Origin: Alphaproteobacteria bacterium | GTDB lineage: Bacteria; Pseudomonadota; Alphaproteobacteria; JAAXGF01 | Direction: 5' to 3' | Assembly (NCBI GenBank): GCA_963555825.3 | Contig: CAUVXB020000001.1 | Location: 2,016,001 to 2,080,000, forward strand | DNA length: 64,000 bases | Part shown: piece by piece, positions 1-8,742 of the stretch | How the letters are laid out: every line of letters starts with the position of its first letter | Numbering within the stretch: the first letter of the stretch is position 1 | Notes under the pieces: model-generated | Databases searched by the model: none | What the model was told of the DNA's origin: nothing | Seen by the model: only the letters and a program-made list of their open reading frames with translations | Position numbers and translations under genes: made by a program

Positions 1-293
1 CTCCGTTGCGCACTTTCTTCAAGGTGCAGATGCCGCTCATCCTGCCCGGCGTCATTTCGGGCGGGCTGTTCGCCTTCATCACGTCGTTCGACGAGGTCGT
101 CGTCGTGCTGTTCATGGGCGGCGTCGAACAGTTGACGTTGCCCAGGCAGATGTGGTCGGGCATCCGCCAGGAGATCAGTCCGACGATTCTGTCCGCGGCC
201 ACCATACTCGTCTGTTTTTCGATCCTGTTGCTCGCGTCGGTCGAGTTGTTGCGTCGTCGCAACGAACGCTTGAGGGGCGTCACGCCCGGCTAA
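1..293 (+). CDS. ABC transporter permease, PotC-like (5'-truncated by window edge)
   Basis: C-terminal motif 'GGLFAFITSFDEVVVVLF...TLPRQMWSGIR' typical of polyamine/opine ABC permeases; stop at 291-293. Confidence 0.85.
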   Translation, partial: PLRTFFKVQMPLILPGVISGGLFAFITSFDEVVVVLFMGGVEQLTLPRQMWSGIRQEISPTILSAATILVCFSILLLASVELLRRRNERLRGVTPG

Positions 294-465
294 ATTCGAC
301 CCGACGGCGACGGCGTGCCACTTCGGACGTCGGCCAACCAACGGTTTCGCATGGACCGGCGTTTCGCCGGGTGGCTCGCCAAGGCGTACATCCGAAACGC
401 ATTGACTTAGGGGTCGCGAGACCCGATTCTCTTTATCGATCGAGCGCCCGCAGCGAGTAACGGGA

Positions 466-1023
466 TTGGCACAGATGTTCCGCGACAAGTCGTTGATGCC
501 GAAGGAGGCGATCCGCCTCGCCGCACTCGGCCTGCTCGGCCATGGGCCGATGCGCTACGGCGATCTCGCCAACGAGGTGCGTCATTTCACCACCCGCTAT
601 TGGGGGCCGACGCTCGACGTCATGGCCTCGTCGATCGAGCTGATGCGTCTCGAGGGTCTCGTCGAGGTCACGGACCAGGGCGAGACGCCGGGCGACGCCA
701 TGTTGCGCCTCACCCAGGCCGGCCGCGACGAGCTACTGGCGCTGCTTGGCGCCGCGGTGCGCGTGCCGTCGAACGACTTCAACAAGCTGATCGTCGCGCT
801 GAAGCTCAAGTTTCTCGACGCCCTCGATCCCGCCGAACGCGCCGAACAGGTCGACGCCCTGGTCGAGCTGCGCGAGGCCGAGCTGGCGCGGCTCACCGAC
901 CTACGCACCACGCACGTCGGCGATGACGGTCCTTTCGCGCGCTGGCTCGACCACGACATCACGCTGATCGAGGCCGACCTCACCTGGTTCAGACAGCTCC
1001 GCGAAGAATTGAGTGTCGTCTGA
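466..1023 (+). CDS. PadR-like winged-helix putative transcriptional regulator
   Basis: 'LAALGLLGHGPMRYGDLANEV...LTQAGRDEL' wHTH pattern plus helical C-terminus ending 'EADLTWF'. Confidence 0.65.
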   Translation: MAQMFRDKSLMPKEAIRLAALGLLGHGPMRYGDLANEVRHFTTRYWGPTLDVMASSIELMRLEGLVEVTDQGETPGDAMLRLTQAGRDELLALLGAAVRVPSNDFNKLIVALKLKFLDALDPAERAEQVDALVELREAELARLTDLRTTHVGDDGPFARWLDHDITLIEADLTWFRQLREELSVV

Positions 1024-1038
1024 TTCTTGGTATGAGCG

Positions 1039-2319
1039 CTAACCGCGCTCGCGCAGCCAGTCCTTGAAACGCCACCAGGCGTACACCGCCTCGGCGATGG
1101 TCGGCCCAAGCGGCCCGCCGGCGTATTCCAGGCCAAACGGTTCGAACAACCGATAGCGCTCGTCGTTGCCGGCGATTGCGGCCGCAACGGCCTCGCCGCC
1201 GACCGTCGTCGTGCACATGCCGGATCCACCGAAACCCTGGCAATACCAGACGCCCGGCTCGAGCTCGCCGATCTGCGGCATCATGTGGACCGCATAGCCC
1301 ATGGTGCCGGGCCAGGCGACCTCGCCCCGGATGCCTTCGAGCTGCGGGTAGACCTTGAGGAGATCGCCCAGCATCGTTTGCATCAGACGCTCGGGCGCCG
1401 TCGACGAGCTGACCCGGCCACCCCATAGAATGCGTCCATCAGGCAGTGGCCGGTAGTAGTCGCCGGAAAACCGGTTGTCGGAGACCCCATAGGGCGCGCG
1501 GATCGCGGACTCCAACCGGTCCTTCGGGATCGGCTCGGTCAGCATGACGTATGTCCCGACCGGCAGAGTCGCCCGCGAGAGCGCCGGGTGCAGGCCCTCG
1601 ATATAGCCGCTGCAGCAGAACACGACCTGATCGGCACGAACCCGGCCCCGGGCCGTGTTCACGGCTTTCGGCGCGGCGGTGAAGTCGAACGACACGACGG
1701 CCGAATTTTCGTGCAGCACCGCGCCGTTCTGCTCGGCCGCCCGCGCGATGCCGCGCGCGAAGTTGAGCGAATGGAACTGAAAGCTCCGTGCGTTGAAGAG
1801 CGCATCGTAGTAGCGCTCGCTGCGATACAGCTCGCGCAGCTTTTCGCGCGGCCAGAATTCGCGCTCCTCGCCGTAGATCCGGGCGATCCACTCGGCATCA
1901 GCGCGCAGGCCGTCGGCGTCGTCGAACCACGAGCAGAGTAGCTTGCCCTCGACGAACGGCTCGCAATCGATGGCGTAGTGGTCGATCCGCCGCCGGATCA
2001 GTTCAAACGCATCGACCGTCAGATCGTGGAGCTCGCGCGCCTGGGCCTCGCCGACCATGGCGGCGAGCTTGCGCGGGCCGGCAGCGTAGCCGGTGCCGAC
2101 CATGCCGCCGTTCCGCCCCGAGGCGCCGAAGGCGAGGCGTCGCGCCTCGAGGAGCACGACCCCGCGGCCGCGCTCGGCGAGACCGAGTGCGGTGGCAAGC
2201 CCCGCCATGCCACCGCCGATGACGCAGACGTCGGTCTCGACGTCGCCGTCGAGCGCCGGTCGCGGCCGGTCGTCGACGATGCTGCGGCTGTAGTAGCTGT
2301 CGACGTGGCCTTCGGCCAT
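1039..2319 (-). CDS. FAD-dependent oxidoreductase, PuuB/OrdL (gamma-glutamylputrescine oxidase-like) family
   Basis: 'SYYSRS...DVCVIGGGMAGL...GASGRNGG'; start placed at ATG 2319 so that it does not overlap the upstream gene. Confidence 0.85.
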   Translation of the reverse strand: MAEGHVDSYYSRSIVDDRPRPALDGDVETDVCVIGGGMAGLATALGLAERGRGVVLLEARRLAFGASGRNGGMVGTGYAAGPRKLAAMVGEAQARELHDLTVDAFELIRRRIDHYAIDCEPFVEGKLLCSWFDDADGLRADAEWIARIYGEEREFWPREKLRELYRSERYYDALFNARSFQFHSLNFARGIARAAEQNGAVLHENSAVVSFDFTAAPKAVNTARGRVRADQVVFCCSGYIEGLHPALSRATLPVGTYVMLTEPIPKDRLESAIRAPYGVSDNRFSGDYYRPLPDGRILWGGRVSSSTAPERLMQTMLGDLLKVYPQLEGIRGEVAWPGTMGYAVHMMPQIGELEPGVWYCQGFGGSGMCTTTVGGEAVAAAIAGNDERYRLFEPFGLEYAGGPLGPTIAEAVYAWWRFKDWLRERG

Positions 2320-2330
2320 AGGCGGCAGGC

Positions 2331-3041
2331 TCAGGCGTCGAGCCGCAGGGTCGGCGCGTCCTTGCCCTCGCCATGTCGATAGATCGCCGAGTACATGTTC
2401 CACCACATGTTCCGGCCCTCGAGCGCGGCACGGCGCACGCTCGCCTTGCGCTCGTCGGTCGTCGCGTACGCCTTCGCGGCCTCCCAGCCGGTCTCGGCAT
2501 GGTGCTCGTCGGCGCCGACATGGACCGAGAAGTAGAACACCGTGTGCTCGTCATAGCCGTAGTTCATGGTCAGGCCGCGAGTCGCGAGCGAACAAAACTC
2601 GGTGAACATGTCCTCGATGCCGAGCGAGACGAAGCTCAGCGCCTCGATCCACTTGCCGGTCATCGCGTATCCGGTGACGGTGTCGGGATAGATCTTGGTC
2701 TCGGGCATCATCGGCCGCGCGTCGATATCGTCCTCGGTATAGCCGGCCGCCGCGCCGGCGCGCAGCGCGAGCTCCCAGTGCGACGGTTCGTCCGGCGTGC
2801 CGCACAGCTCGCCGAACAGGTTCTCGGCCAGTTCCTTCTTCAGGTGCCGCGGCGCCTGCGGCACGATCAGTGAGAGCGCCGAGATGCCGTCGAGCACGGT
2901 GAACTTGAGCTGGGCGCAAAGCTCGGCGATGGTCTCACGCTCGAGCCCGCCTTCGACCATGCCAACGCAGATCGGGTGATTGGCGACCGACTGGCTTTGG
3001 ATCTCATCCCTAAGGTCGCTCCAGAACGGGTCTTGGGTCAT
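2331..3041 (-). CDS. Heme-oxygenase-like diiron protein (CADD/PqqC/TenA superfamily)
   Basis: 'NHPI', 'ENLFGE...SHWEL', 'GIE', 'YFSVHVGADEHH' give a CADD-like E-H-E-H-D-H metal ligand set. Confidence 0.75.
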   Translation of the reverse strand: MTQDPFWSDLRDEIQSQSVANHPICVGMVEGGLERETIAELCAQLKFTVLDGISALSLIVPQAPRHLKKELAENLFGELCGTPDEPSHWELALRAGAAAGYTEDDIDARPMMPETKIYPDTVTGYAMTGKWIEALSFVSLGIEDMFTEFCSLATRGLTMNYGYDEHTVFYFSVHVGADEHHAETGWEAAKAYATTDERKASVRRAALEGRNMWWNMYSAIYRHGEGKDAPTLRLDA

Positions 3042-3175
3042 GTTCTTCCCACCTTTCTTGGACACCTGGGCGGCGCCCGCGCATGGCAGCCGCGTGGATT
3101 AAGAATTTGCAGCCTTGGCGATTTGACGTCAACATGATGCGAACAGCGACGCAAAATCGATTTGGAGAGGACGCC

Positions 3176-4582
3176 ATGGTTGAGACGAACTTCGCCGCCT
3201 ACGACACCGAGGACATCCGGCGGAAGGATCGCGACCACGTCATCCACCCGTGGACCGACTTTTCGACCTTCAAGGAGGAAGGCTCGGAAATCTTCGCCGA
3301 ATCCGAGGGCATCTACGTCTACAACTCCGACGGCGACCGGTTCATCGACGGCATCGGCGGGCTGTGGTGCGTCAACGTCGGCTACGGCCGCGACGAGATC
3401 GCCCAGGCGATGGCCGATCAGGCGCGCCGCATCTGCTACTACTCGACCTTCACACACATCACCACGCCGCCCGCCGCCGAGCTCGCCCACCGACTGTGCG
3501 GCCACGCGCCGGACAACATCAACCACCTGTTCTACGGCACCGGCGGGTCGATGTCGAACGACACCGCGATCCGGATTATTCACTTCTATTTCAACCGCTT
3601 GGGCAAACCGAAGAAGAAACACATCATCTCGCGCGTCGACGGCTATCACGGCTCGACCTACATGGCCATGTCGCTCACCGGCGTCGCGTTCGACCACGTC
3701 GGCTTCGACATCGTCACCGACATCGTGCACCACATCCCGGCGCCCAACCCGTACCGTCGGCCCGAAGGCATGACGGTCGAGGAATTCTGCGACGAGAAGG
3801 TCAAGGACCTCGAAGACAAGATCCTCGAGCTCGGGCCCGAGAACGTCGCCGCCTTCATCGCCGAGCCGATCATGGGCGCCGGCGGGGTGATCGTGCCGCC
3901 GCATGGCTATCACGCGCGCACGCGCGAGGTATGCCGCGAATACGAGGTGCTCTACATTTCCGATGAAGTCGTTACCGGTTTCGGCCGCGTCGGCCATATA
4001 TTCGCCTCCGAGCCGGTCTTCGATCTCAGGCCCGACTTCATAATTTCGGCCAAGGGCATCACATCGGGTTACGTACCGCTCTCGGCGACGATGATCGCCG
4101 ACGAGGTCTACGACGTGATCAGCGAGCCGCAGGCCGAGGGCGCGCTGTTCACCCACGGTTTTACCTATTCGGGACATCCGGTGTCCTGCGCCGCGGGGCT
4201 CGCCAACCTGGACATCATGGAGCGCGAAGACATCTGCGGTCACGTCCGCGAGGTCGGACCCTATTTCGAGGAGTGCCTGACTGACCTGCTCGAGCTGCCG
4301 GTCGTCGGCGACGTGCGCGGCAAATGCTTCATGATGTGTGTCGAGAACGTCGCCGACCGCGAGACCAAGGAACTGTTCGCCCCGGAGGTCAAGATCGGCG
4401 AGCGCATTTCGAAGCATTGCCAGCAGCGCGGGCTGATCGTGCGGCCGCTCGGACATCTCAACGTCATGTCGCCGCCGCTCATCCTGACCCGCGAGCAGAT
4501 CGACACCTTCGTCGACATTCTGCGCGAGAGCATCGTAACGACCCAGGACGACTTGGTCCGCGAGGGTCTCTGGAAGGGCTGA
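3176..4582 (+). CDS. Class III PLP-dependent aminotransferase (copy 1)
   Basis: 'DGIGGLWCVNVGYG', 'FIAEPIMGAGG', 'DEVVTGFGR', 'SAKGITSGY'; GGAGAGG RBS before ATG 3176. Confidence 0.93.
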   Translation: MVETNFAAYDTEDIRRKDRDHVIHPWTDFSTFKEEGSEIFAESEGIYVYNSDGDRFIDGIGGLWCVNVGYGRDEIAQAMADQARRICYYSTFTHITTPPAAELAHRLCGHAPDNINHLFYGTGGSMSNDTAIRIIHFYFNRLGKPKKKHIISRVDGYHGSTYMAMSLTGVAFDHVGFDIVTDIVHHIPAPNPYRRPEGMTVEEFCDEKVKDLEDKILELGPENVAAFIAEPIMGAGGVIVPPHGYHARTREVCREYEVLYISDEVVTGFGRVGHIFASEPVFDLRPDFIISAKGITSGYVPLSATMIADEVYDVISEPQAEGALFTHGFTYSGHPVSCAAGLANLDIMEREDICGHVREVGPYFEECLTDLLELPVVGDVRGKCFMMCVENVADRETKELFAPEVKIGERISKHCQQRGLIVRPLGHLNVMSPPLILTREQIDTFVDILRESIVTTQDDLVREGLWKG

Positions 4583-4687
4583 TCTGCGCCGACCATCGGA
4601 CCGCGTAACCGCTTTTCGGCCGCCCGCGCCTCGCTTGCGCGGCGTTACTGCGACGTCTTGAAACGGAATTTCATGGAGGGAGGCACC

Positions 4688-6076
4688 ATGCCGTCGAATT
4701 TCGAATACCCGACCAAGGAACTGTGGGCCAAGGACCGCGACCATGTGATTCACCCGTTCAGTGACCTCGCGTCGCTCAAGGAGGACGGCTGCATGATCAT
4801 GGCCGAGGGTGAAGGCGTCCATGTCTTCGATTCCGACGGCAACCGCTACATCGACGGCATCGGCGGCCTGTGGTGCGTCAACATCGGCTATGGCCGCGAG
4901 GAGATGATCCAGGCGATCGCCGACCAGATCCGCCGCATCCCCTTCTTCTCGGCCTTCGTCAACCTGACCAACCCGCCGGCCGCCGAGTTCGCCTATGAAC
5001 TCGCCCAGCGCACGCCGGGCGACCTCAACCACATATTCTTCGGCACCGGCGGCTCGATGGCCAACGACACCGCGGTGCGCATCATTCACCACTACTTCAA
5101 CCGCCTCGGCAAACCGAAGAAGAAGCACGTTATTTCGCGCGAACAGGCCTATCACGGCTCGACCTATCTCGCGATTTCGATGACCGGACCGACCTACCAT
5201 CAGGGCTGGGACGTGATCTCGGAGTTCGTCCATCACATCCCGGCGCCCAACCCGTACCGGCGCCCCGACGACATGAGCGTCGAACAGTTCTGCGACGCCA
5301 AGGTCAAGGACCTCGAGGACAAGATCCTCGAGCTCGGCCCCGAGAACGTCGCCTGCTTCATCGCCGAGCCGATCATGGGCGCGGGCGGCAACATCGTGCC
5401 GCCGCCGGGCTATCACAAAGGTACCCGCGACGTCTGCACGAAATACGACGTGCTCTACATCTCGGACGAGGTGGTGACCGGCTTCGGCCGCCTCGGCCAT
5501 CTTTTCGCGTCGGAGGCCGTGTTCGACATCGTCCCCGACGTGCTGATCTTGGCAAAGGGTATCTCGTCGGGCTACCAGCCGCTGTCGGCGACGATCATCT
5601 CCGAGGGGATCTACGATGTCATCAGCCAGCCGGGTGAGCACTTCTTCCACGGCTTCACCTACTCGGCGCATCCGGTGGCCTGTGCCGCCGGCCTCAAGAA
5701 CCTCGAGATCATGGAGCGCGAGGATATCCCGGGCCACGTGCGCGAGGTCGGACCTTATTTCGAGAAAACTATCCATTCGCTGACCGATCTTGAACTGATC
5801 GGCAACGTGCGCGGCATGTGCTTCATGATGTGCATCGAGAGCGTCGCCAACCGCGACACCAAGGAGCTGCTGCCCGCAGAGGTCGACGTCGGCCGCCGGA
5901 TCTCCGACGCCTGCCAGCGCCGCGGCCTGATCGTCCGGCCGCTGGGGCACCTCAATATCCTGTCGCCACCGTTGATCCTGACCACCGATCAGATCGATCA
6001 GATCGGCGACATCCTGCGCCAGAGCATCAAGGAGGTCATGGACGACCTCGTGCGCGAGGGCGTCTGGAAGGGCTAG
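4688..6076 (+). CDS. Class III PLP-dependent aminotransferase (copy 2, tandem paralog)
   Basis: Same motifs as copy 1 and the same C-terminus 'DDLVREG(L/V)WKG'; GGAGG RBS before ATG 4688. Confidence 0.93.
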   Translation: MPSNFEYPTKELWAKDRDHVIHPFSDLASLKEDGCMIMAEGEGVHVFDSDGNRYIDGIGGLWCVNIGYGREEMIQAIADQIRRIPFFSAFVNLTNPPAAEFAYELAQRTPGDLNHIFFGTGGSMANDTAVRIIHHYFNRLGKPKKKHVISREQAYHGSTYLAISMTGPTYHQGWDVISEFVHHIPAPNPYRRPDDMSVEQFCDAKVKDLEDKILELGPENVACFIAEPIMGAGGNIVPPPGYHKGTRDVCTKYDVLYISDEVVTGFGRLGHLFASEAVFDIVPDVLILAKGISSGYQPLSATIISEGIYDVISQPGEHFFHGFTYSAHPVACAAGLKNLEIMEREDIPGHVREVGPYFEKTIHSLTDLELIGNVRGMCFMMCIESVANRDTKELLPAEVDVGRRISDACQRRGLIVRPLGHLNILSPPLILTTDQIDQIGDILRQSIKEVMDDLVREGVWKG

Positions 6077-6148
6077 CCCGGGGCGCCACATCGTCGTCAC
6101 CATGACGGCAATATGGCGCCACCGCGGCCGTTTGGGAGGACCTGCGCC

Positions 6149-7603
6149 ATGCTGATGACCGGCGACGAATATCGCGCCTCGATCCGCGACGATCGAGAGG
6201 TGTGGATGGATGGCGAGCGTGTCGCGGACGTCACCACCCATGCCGCCTTCAAGCCGATCGTCGACGTTCGCGCGCGCGTTTACGACATGGCCCACGAGGA
6301 CAAGTACCGCGACGTCATGACGTACCGCGACGAGAAGAACGAGCCCTTCTGCATCGGCTACAAGCTGCCCAAGACGCAGCAGGACTGGCACGACAAGCGC
6401 GCCGCGGTCGACGCCGTGATGCGCGACATCGGCGGCATGGTGATCCGCATGGGCGACGAGACGGTCGGCGAGATGTGGTCGCTGTGGGACGGCAAGGACG
6501 TGCTCAACGAGGTCGACCCACGCTTCGGCGACAACATCGAAAACCACATCTACCGCGTGCTCGAGAACGACATCTTCCATGTCTCGGCCAACACCGACCC
6601 GAAGGGCGACCGCTCGAAACGGCCGCAGGAGCAGGACCCCGACATGATGCTCCACGTCGTCAAGGAGACCGACGCGGGCATCGTCGTGCGCGGCGCCAAG
6701 TACGAAACGGCGGCGAGCTACGCGCACCAGGGCTTCGTCAAGCCGACCATCGCCAACTGGGGCGACCAGAAGCTGTCCGATTACGCGCTCGGCTTCATTT
6801 GCGACATGGGCGTCAAGGGCCTCAAGCACATATGCCGCTCGGGCTTCGCCGGCCGCGCCGATGCGCGCGACTACCCGCTCGCCAACCGCTTCGACGAGAT
6901 CGACACGCTGTTAGTCTTCGACGACGTCGTGGTGCCGTGGGAGAACGTGCTGTTCTACCGCCACACGCGGGCGGCCTCGTTCATCCGCGGTACGCTGCAT
7001 CGCTACAGCGCGTTCGCCTTCGTCCAGCGCATCCAGATCGTCGCCGACATGATGCTCGGCGCGGCGATGTTCAACGTGCGCCAGACCGGTCTCGACAAGA
7101 TGCAGGCGGTGCGCGAGAAGCTCGCCGTGCTCGCCTGCTACCGCGAGACCATCAACGCGCACCTCACCGCGTCGATCGCCGAGGCGCAGGACAGCCCGGC
7201 GGGATTGCTGATGCCGCATCAATCCTTGCTCTATGCGGGCCGCGTCCACGCCTGCACCAAGCTGCCCGAAATGATGCATCTGGCGCGCGAGCTGTGCGGC
7301 GGCCAGATCTGCGTCACGCCCGACGCGGCGGCTTTCGCCGACCCCGATACCGACGCCTGGCTGACGAAATTCTATTCGGTCAACGAGGCCTGGGATTCCG
7401 ATGACCGGCGCAAGCTGCTCGCCTTCGCCCGAGATCTGCTGAATTCGGACTACGCCGGCCACCGGCTGACCTTCATGCTGTTCGCCCAGGCGCCGCCGTT
7501 CAAGCATTTGAACGACGTTTACGAGAGCTTCGACTTCGCCGGCCCGCTCGATTTCGTCAGGCACGCGGCCGGCCTGTCGAACCGGGTGATGGACACCAAT
7601 TAA
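6149..7603 (+). CDS. 4-hydroxyphenylacetate 3-hydroxylase (HpaB) family flavin monooxygenase, oxygenase component
   Basis: 'TGDEYRASIRDDREVW', 'TDPKGDRSK', 'GIVVRGAK', 'RFDEID..FDDVVVPWE'. Confidence 0.88.
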   Translation: MLMTGDEYRASIRDDREVWMDGERVADVTTHAAFKPIVDVRARVYDMAHEDKYRDVMTYRDEKNEPFCIGYKLPKTQQDWHDKRAAVDAVMRDIGGMVIRMGDETVGEMWSLWDGKDVLNEVDPRFGDNIENHIYRVLENDIFHVSANTDPKGDRSKRPQEQDPDMMLHVVKETDAGIVVRGAKYETAASYAHQGFVKPTIANWGDQKLSDYALGFICDMGVKGLKHICRSGFAGRADARDYPLANRFDEIDTLLVFDDVVVPWENVLFYRHTRAASFIRGTLHRYSAFAFVQRIQIVADMMLGAAMFNVRQTGLDKMQAVREKLAVLACYRETINAHLTASIAEAQDSPAGLLMPHQSLLYAGRVHACTKLPEMMHLARELCGGQICVTPDAAAFADPDTDAWLTKFYSVNEAWDSDDRRKLLAFARDLLNSDYAGHRLTFMLFAQAPPFKHLNDVYESFDFAGPLDFVRHAAGLSNRVMDTN

Positions 7604-7632
7604 CACGACAACCAACGCGAGGAATGAGAACG

Positions 7633-8052
7633 ATGGCGCATCAACGCCTGCGCAAATTCAACACCAAGGACACCTATCCGGAGCAGAGCCTCGACAACGA
7701 CCTTTGTCAGGTCGTCAGGGCTGGCAACATGGTCTTCGTGCGCGGCCAGGTCGGCCAGGATCTCGAGACCCGGGAATCGGTCGGCACCGGCGACGCCGCG
7801 GCGCAGACCGAGCAGGCCATGGCCAACGTCAAGCTGCTGCTCGAGGAAGCCGGCTCGAAGCTCGACCATATCTGCAAGGTCACCATCTACATCATCGACC
7901 CGCGCTACCGCGAGGACGTTTACCGGGTCGTCGGCCGCTGGCTCAAGGGAGTCTTCCCGGTGTCGACCGGACTGGTGATCGACGCGTTCGCGCGCCCCGA
8001 ATGGGTGATGGAGATCGACGTCATCGCCGTCATCCCCGACGATGAGGCGTAA
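7633..8052 (+). CDS. RidA/Rid family enamine-imine deaminase
   Basis: 'VFVRGQVG...QTEQAMANV...PVSTG...EIDVIA'; N-terminus 'HQRLRKFNTKDTYPEQSLDNDLCQ' is the Rid subfamily that accompanies DUF1028. Confidence 0.88.
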   Translation: MAHQRLRKFNTKDTYPEQSLDNDLCQVVRAGNMVFVRGQVGQDLETRESVGTGDAAAQTEQAMANVKLLLEEAGSKLDHICKVTIYIIDPRYREDVYRVVGRWLKGVFPVSTGLVIDAFARPEWVMEIDVIAVIPDDEA

Positions 8053-8064
8053 GGGAGGCCCGCC

Positions 8065-8742
8065 ATGACGTTTTCGATCACCGCCCGCTGCGAGCGCACC
8101 GGCATGTTCGGCATCTCGGTCTCCTCGTCGAGCATCTGCGTCGCGGCGCGTTGTGGCACCTGGGTGCGCGCTGGCGTTGGCGCGGTCGCGACGCAGAACA
8201 TCACCGACCCGCGGCTCGGCGATCTGGGCCTCCGTCTGCTCGCCGAGGGCTACGGCGCCAAGGCCACCATCGACGGCATGGTGCGGGCGAGCGATTTCCC
8301 CGAGTTCCGACAGCTCGCGGTGATCGACGTCGACGGCCGCACCGCGAATTACTCGGGCAGTGGCACGCTGGGTACTAACAACGTTAAACACGGCAAGAAC
8401 TGCGTCGCCGCCGGCAACATCCTGTCGTCCGAGGAGGTGCCGGTGATGATGGTCGAGGCCTTCGAGGCCAACCCCGGCGCCCATCTCGCCGAGCGCCTGA
8501 TGCAGGGCCTCGAGGCCGGTCTCGCGGCCGGCGGCGAGCTTGGCGACGTGAAGTCGGCGGGGCTTTACGTCGTCGACCGGCACGTCTTCCCGATCGCCGA
8601 TCTGCGCGTCGACTGGCACGACGCGCCGATCGACGAGCTGCGCCGTGTCTGGGACCTATACGAGCCGCAGATGGTCGATTACTTCACGCGGGCCGTGAAC
8701 CCGGGCGGCGCGCCCAGCTACGGCGTGCCGGGCGACGAGTGA
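8065..8742 (+). CDS. DUF1028 / Ntn-hydrolase-like protein
   Basis: 'MTFSITARC..TG.FG...GVGAVATQ...AAGNIL...DLRVD'. Confidence 0.88.
   Translation: MTFSITARCERTGMFGISVSSSSICVAARCGTWVRAGVGAVATQNITDPRLGDLGLRLLAEGYGAKATIDGMVRASDFPEFRQLAVIDVDGRTANYSGSGTLGTNNVKHGKNCVAAGNILSSEEVPVMMVEAFEANPGAHLAERLMQGLEAGLAAGGELGDVKSAGLYVVDRHVFPIADLRVDWHDAPIDELRRVWDLYEPQMVDYFTRAVNPGGAPSYGVPGDE

Noticed and set aside
3038-6829. 1263-aa minus-strand ORF
   Set aside because: Antisense shadow of the aminotransferase and HpaB genes; long shadow ORFs are expected at this GC content and it has no motifs.
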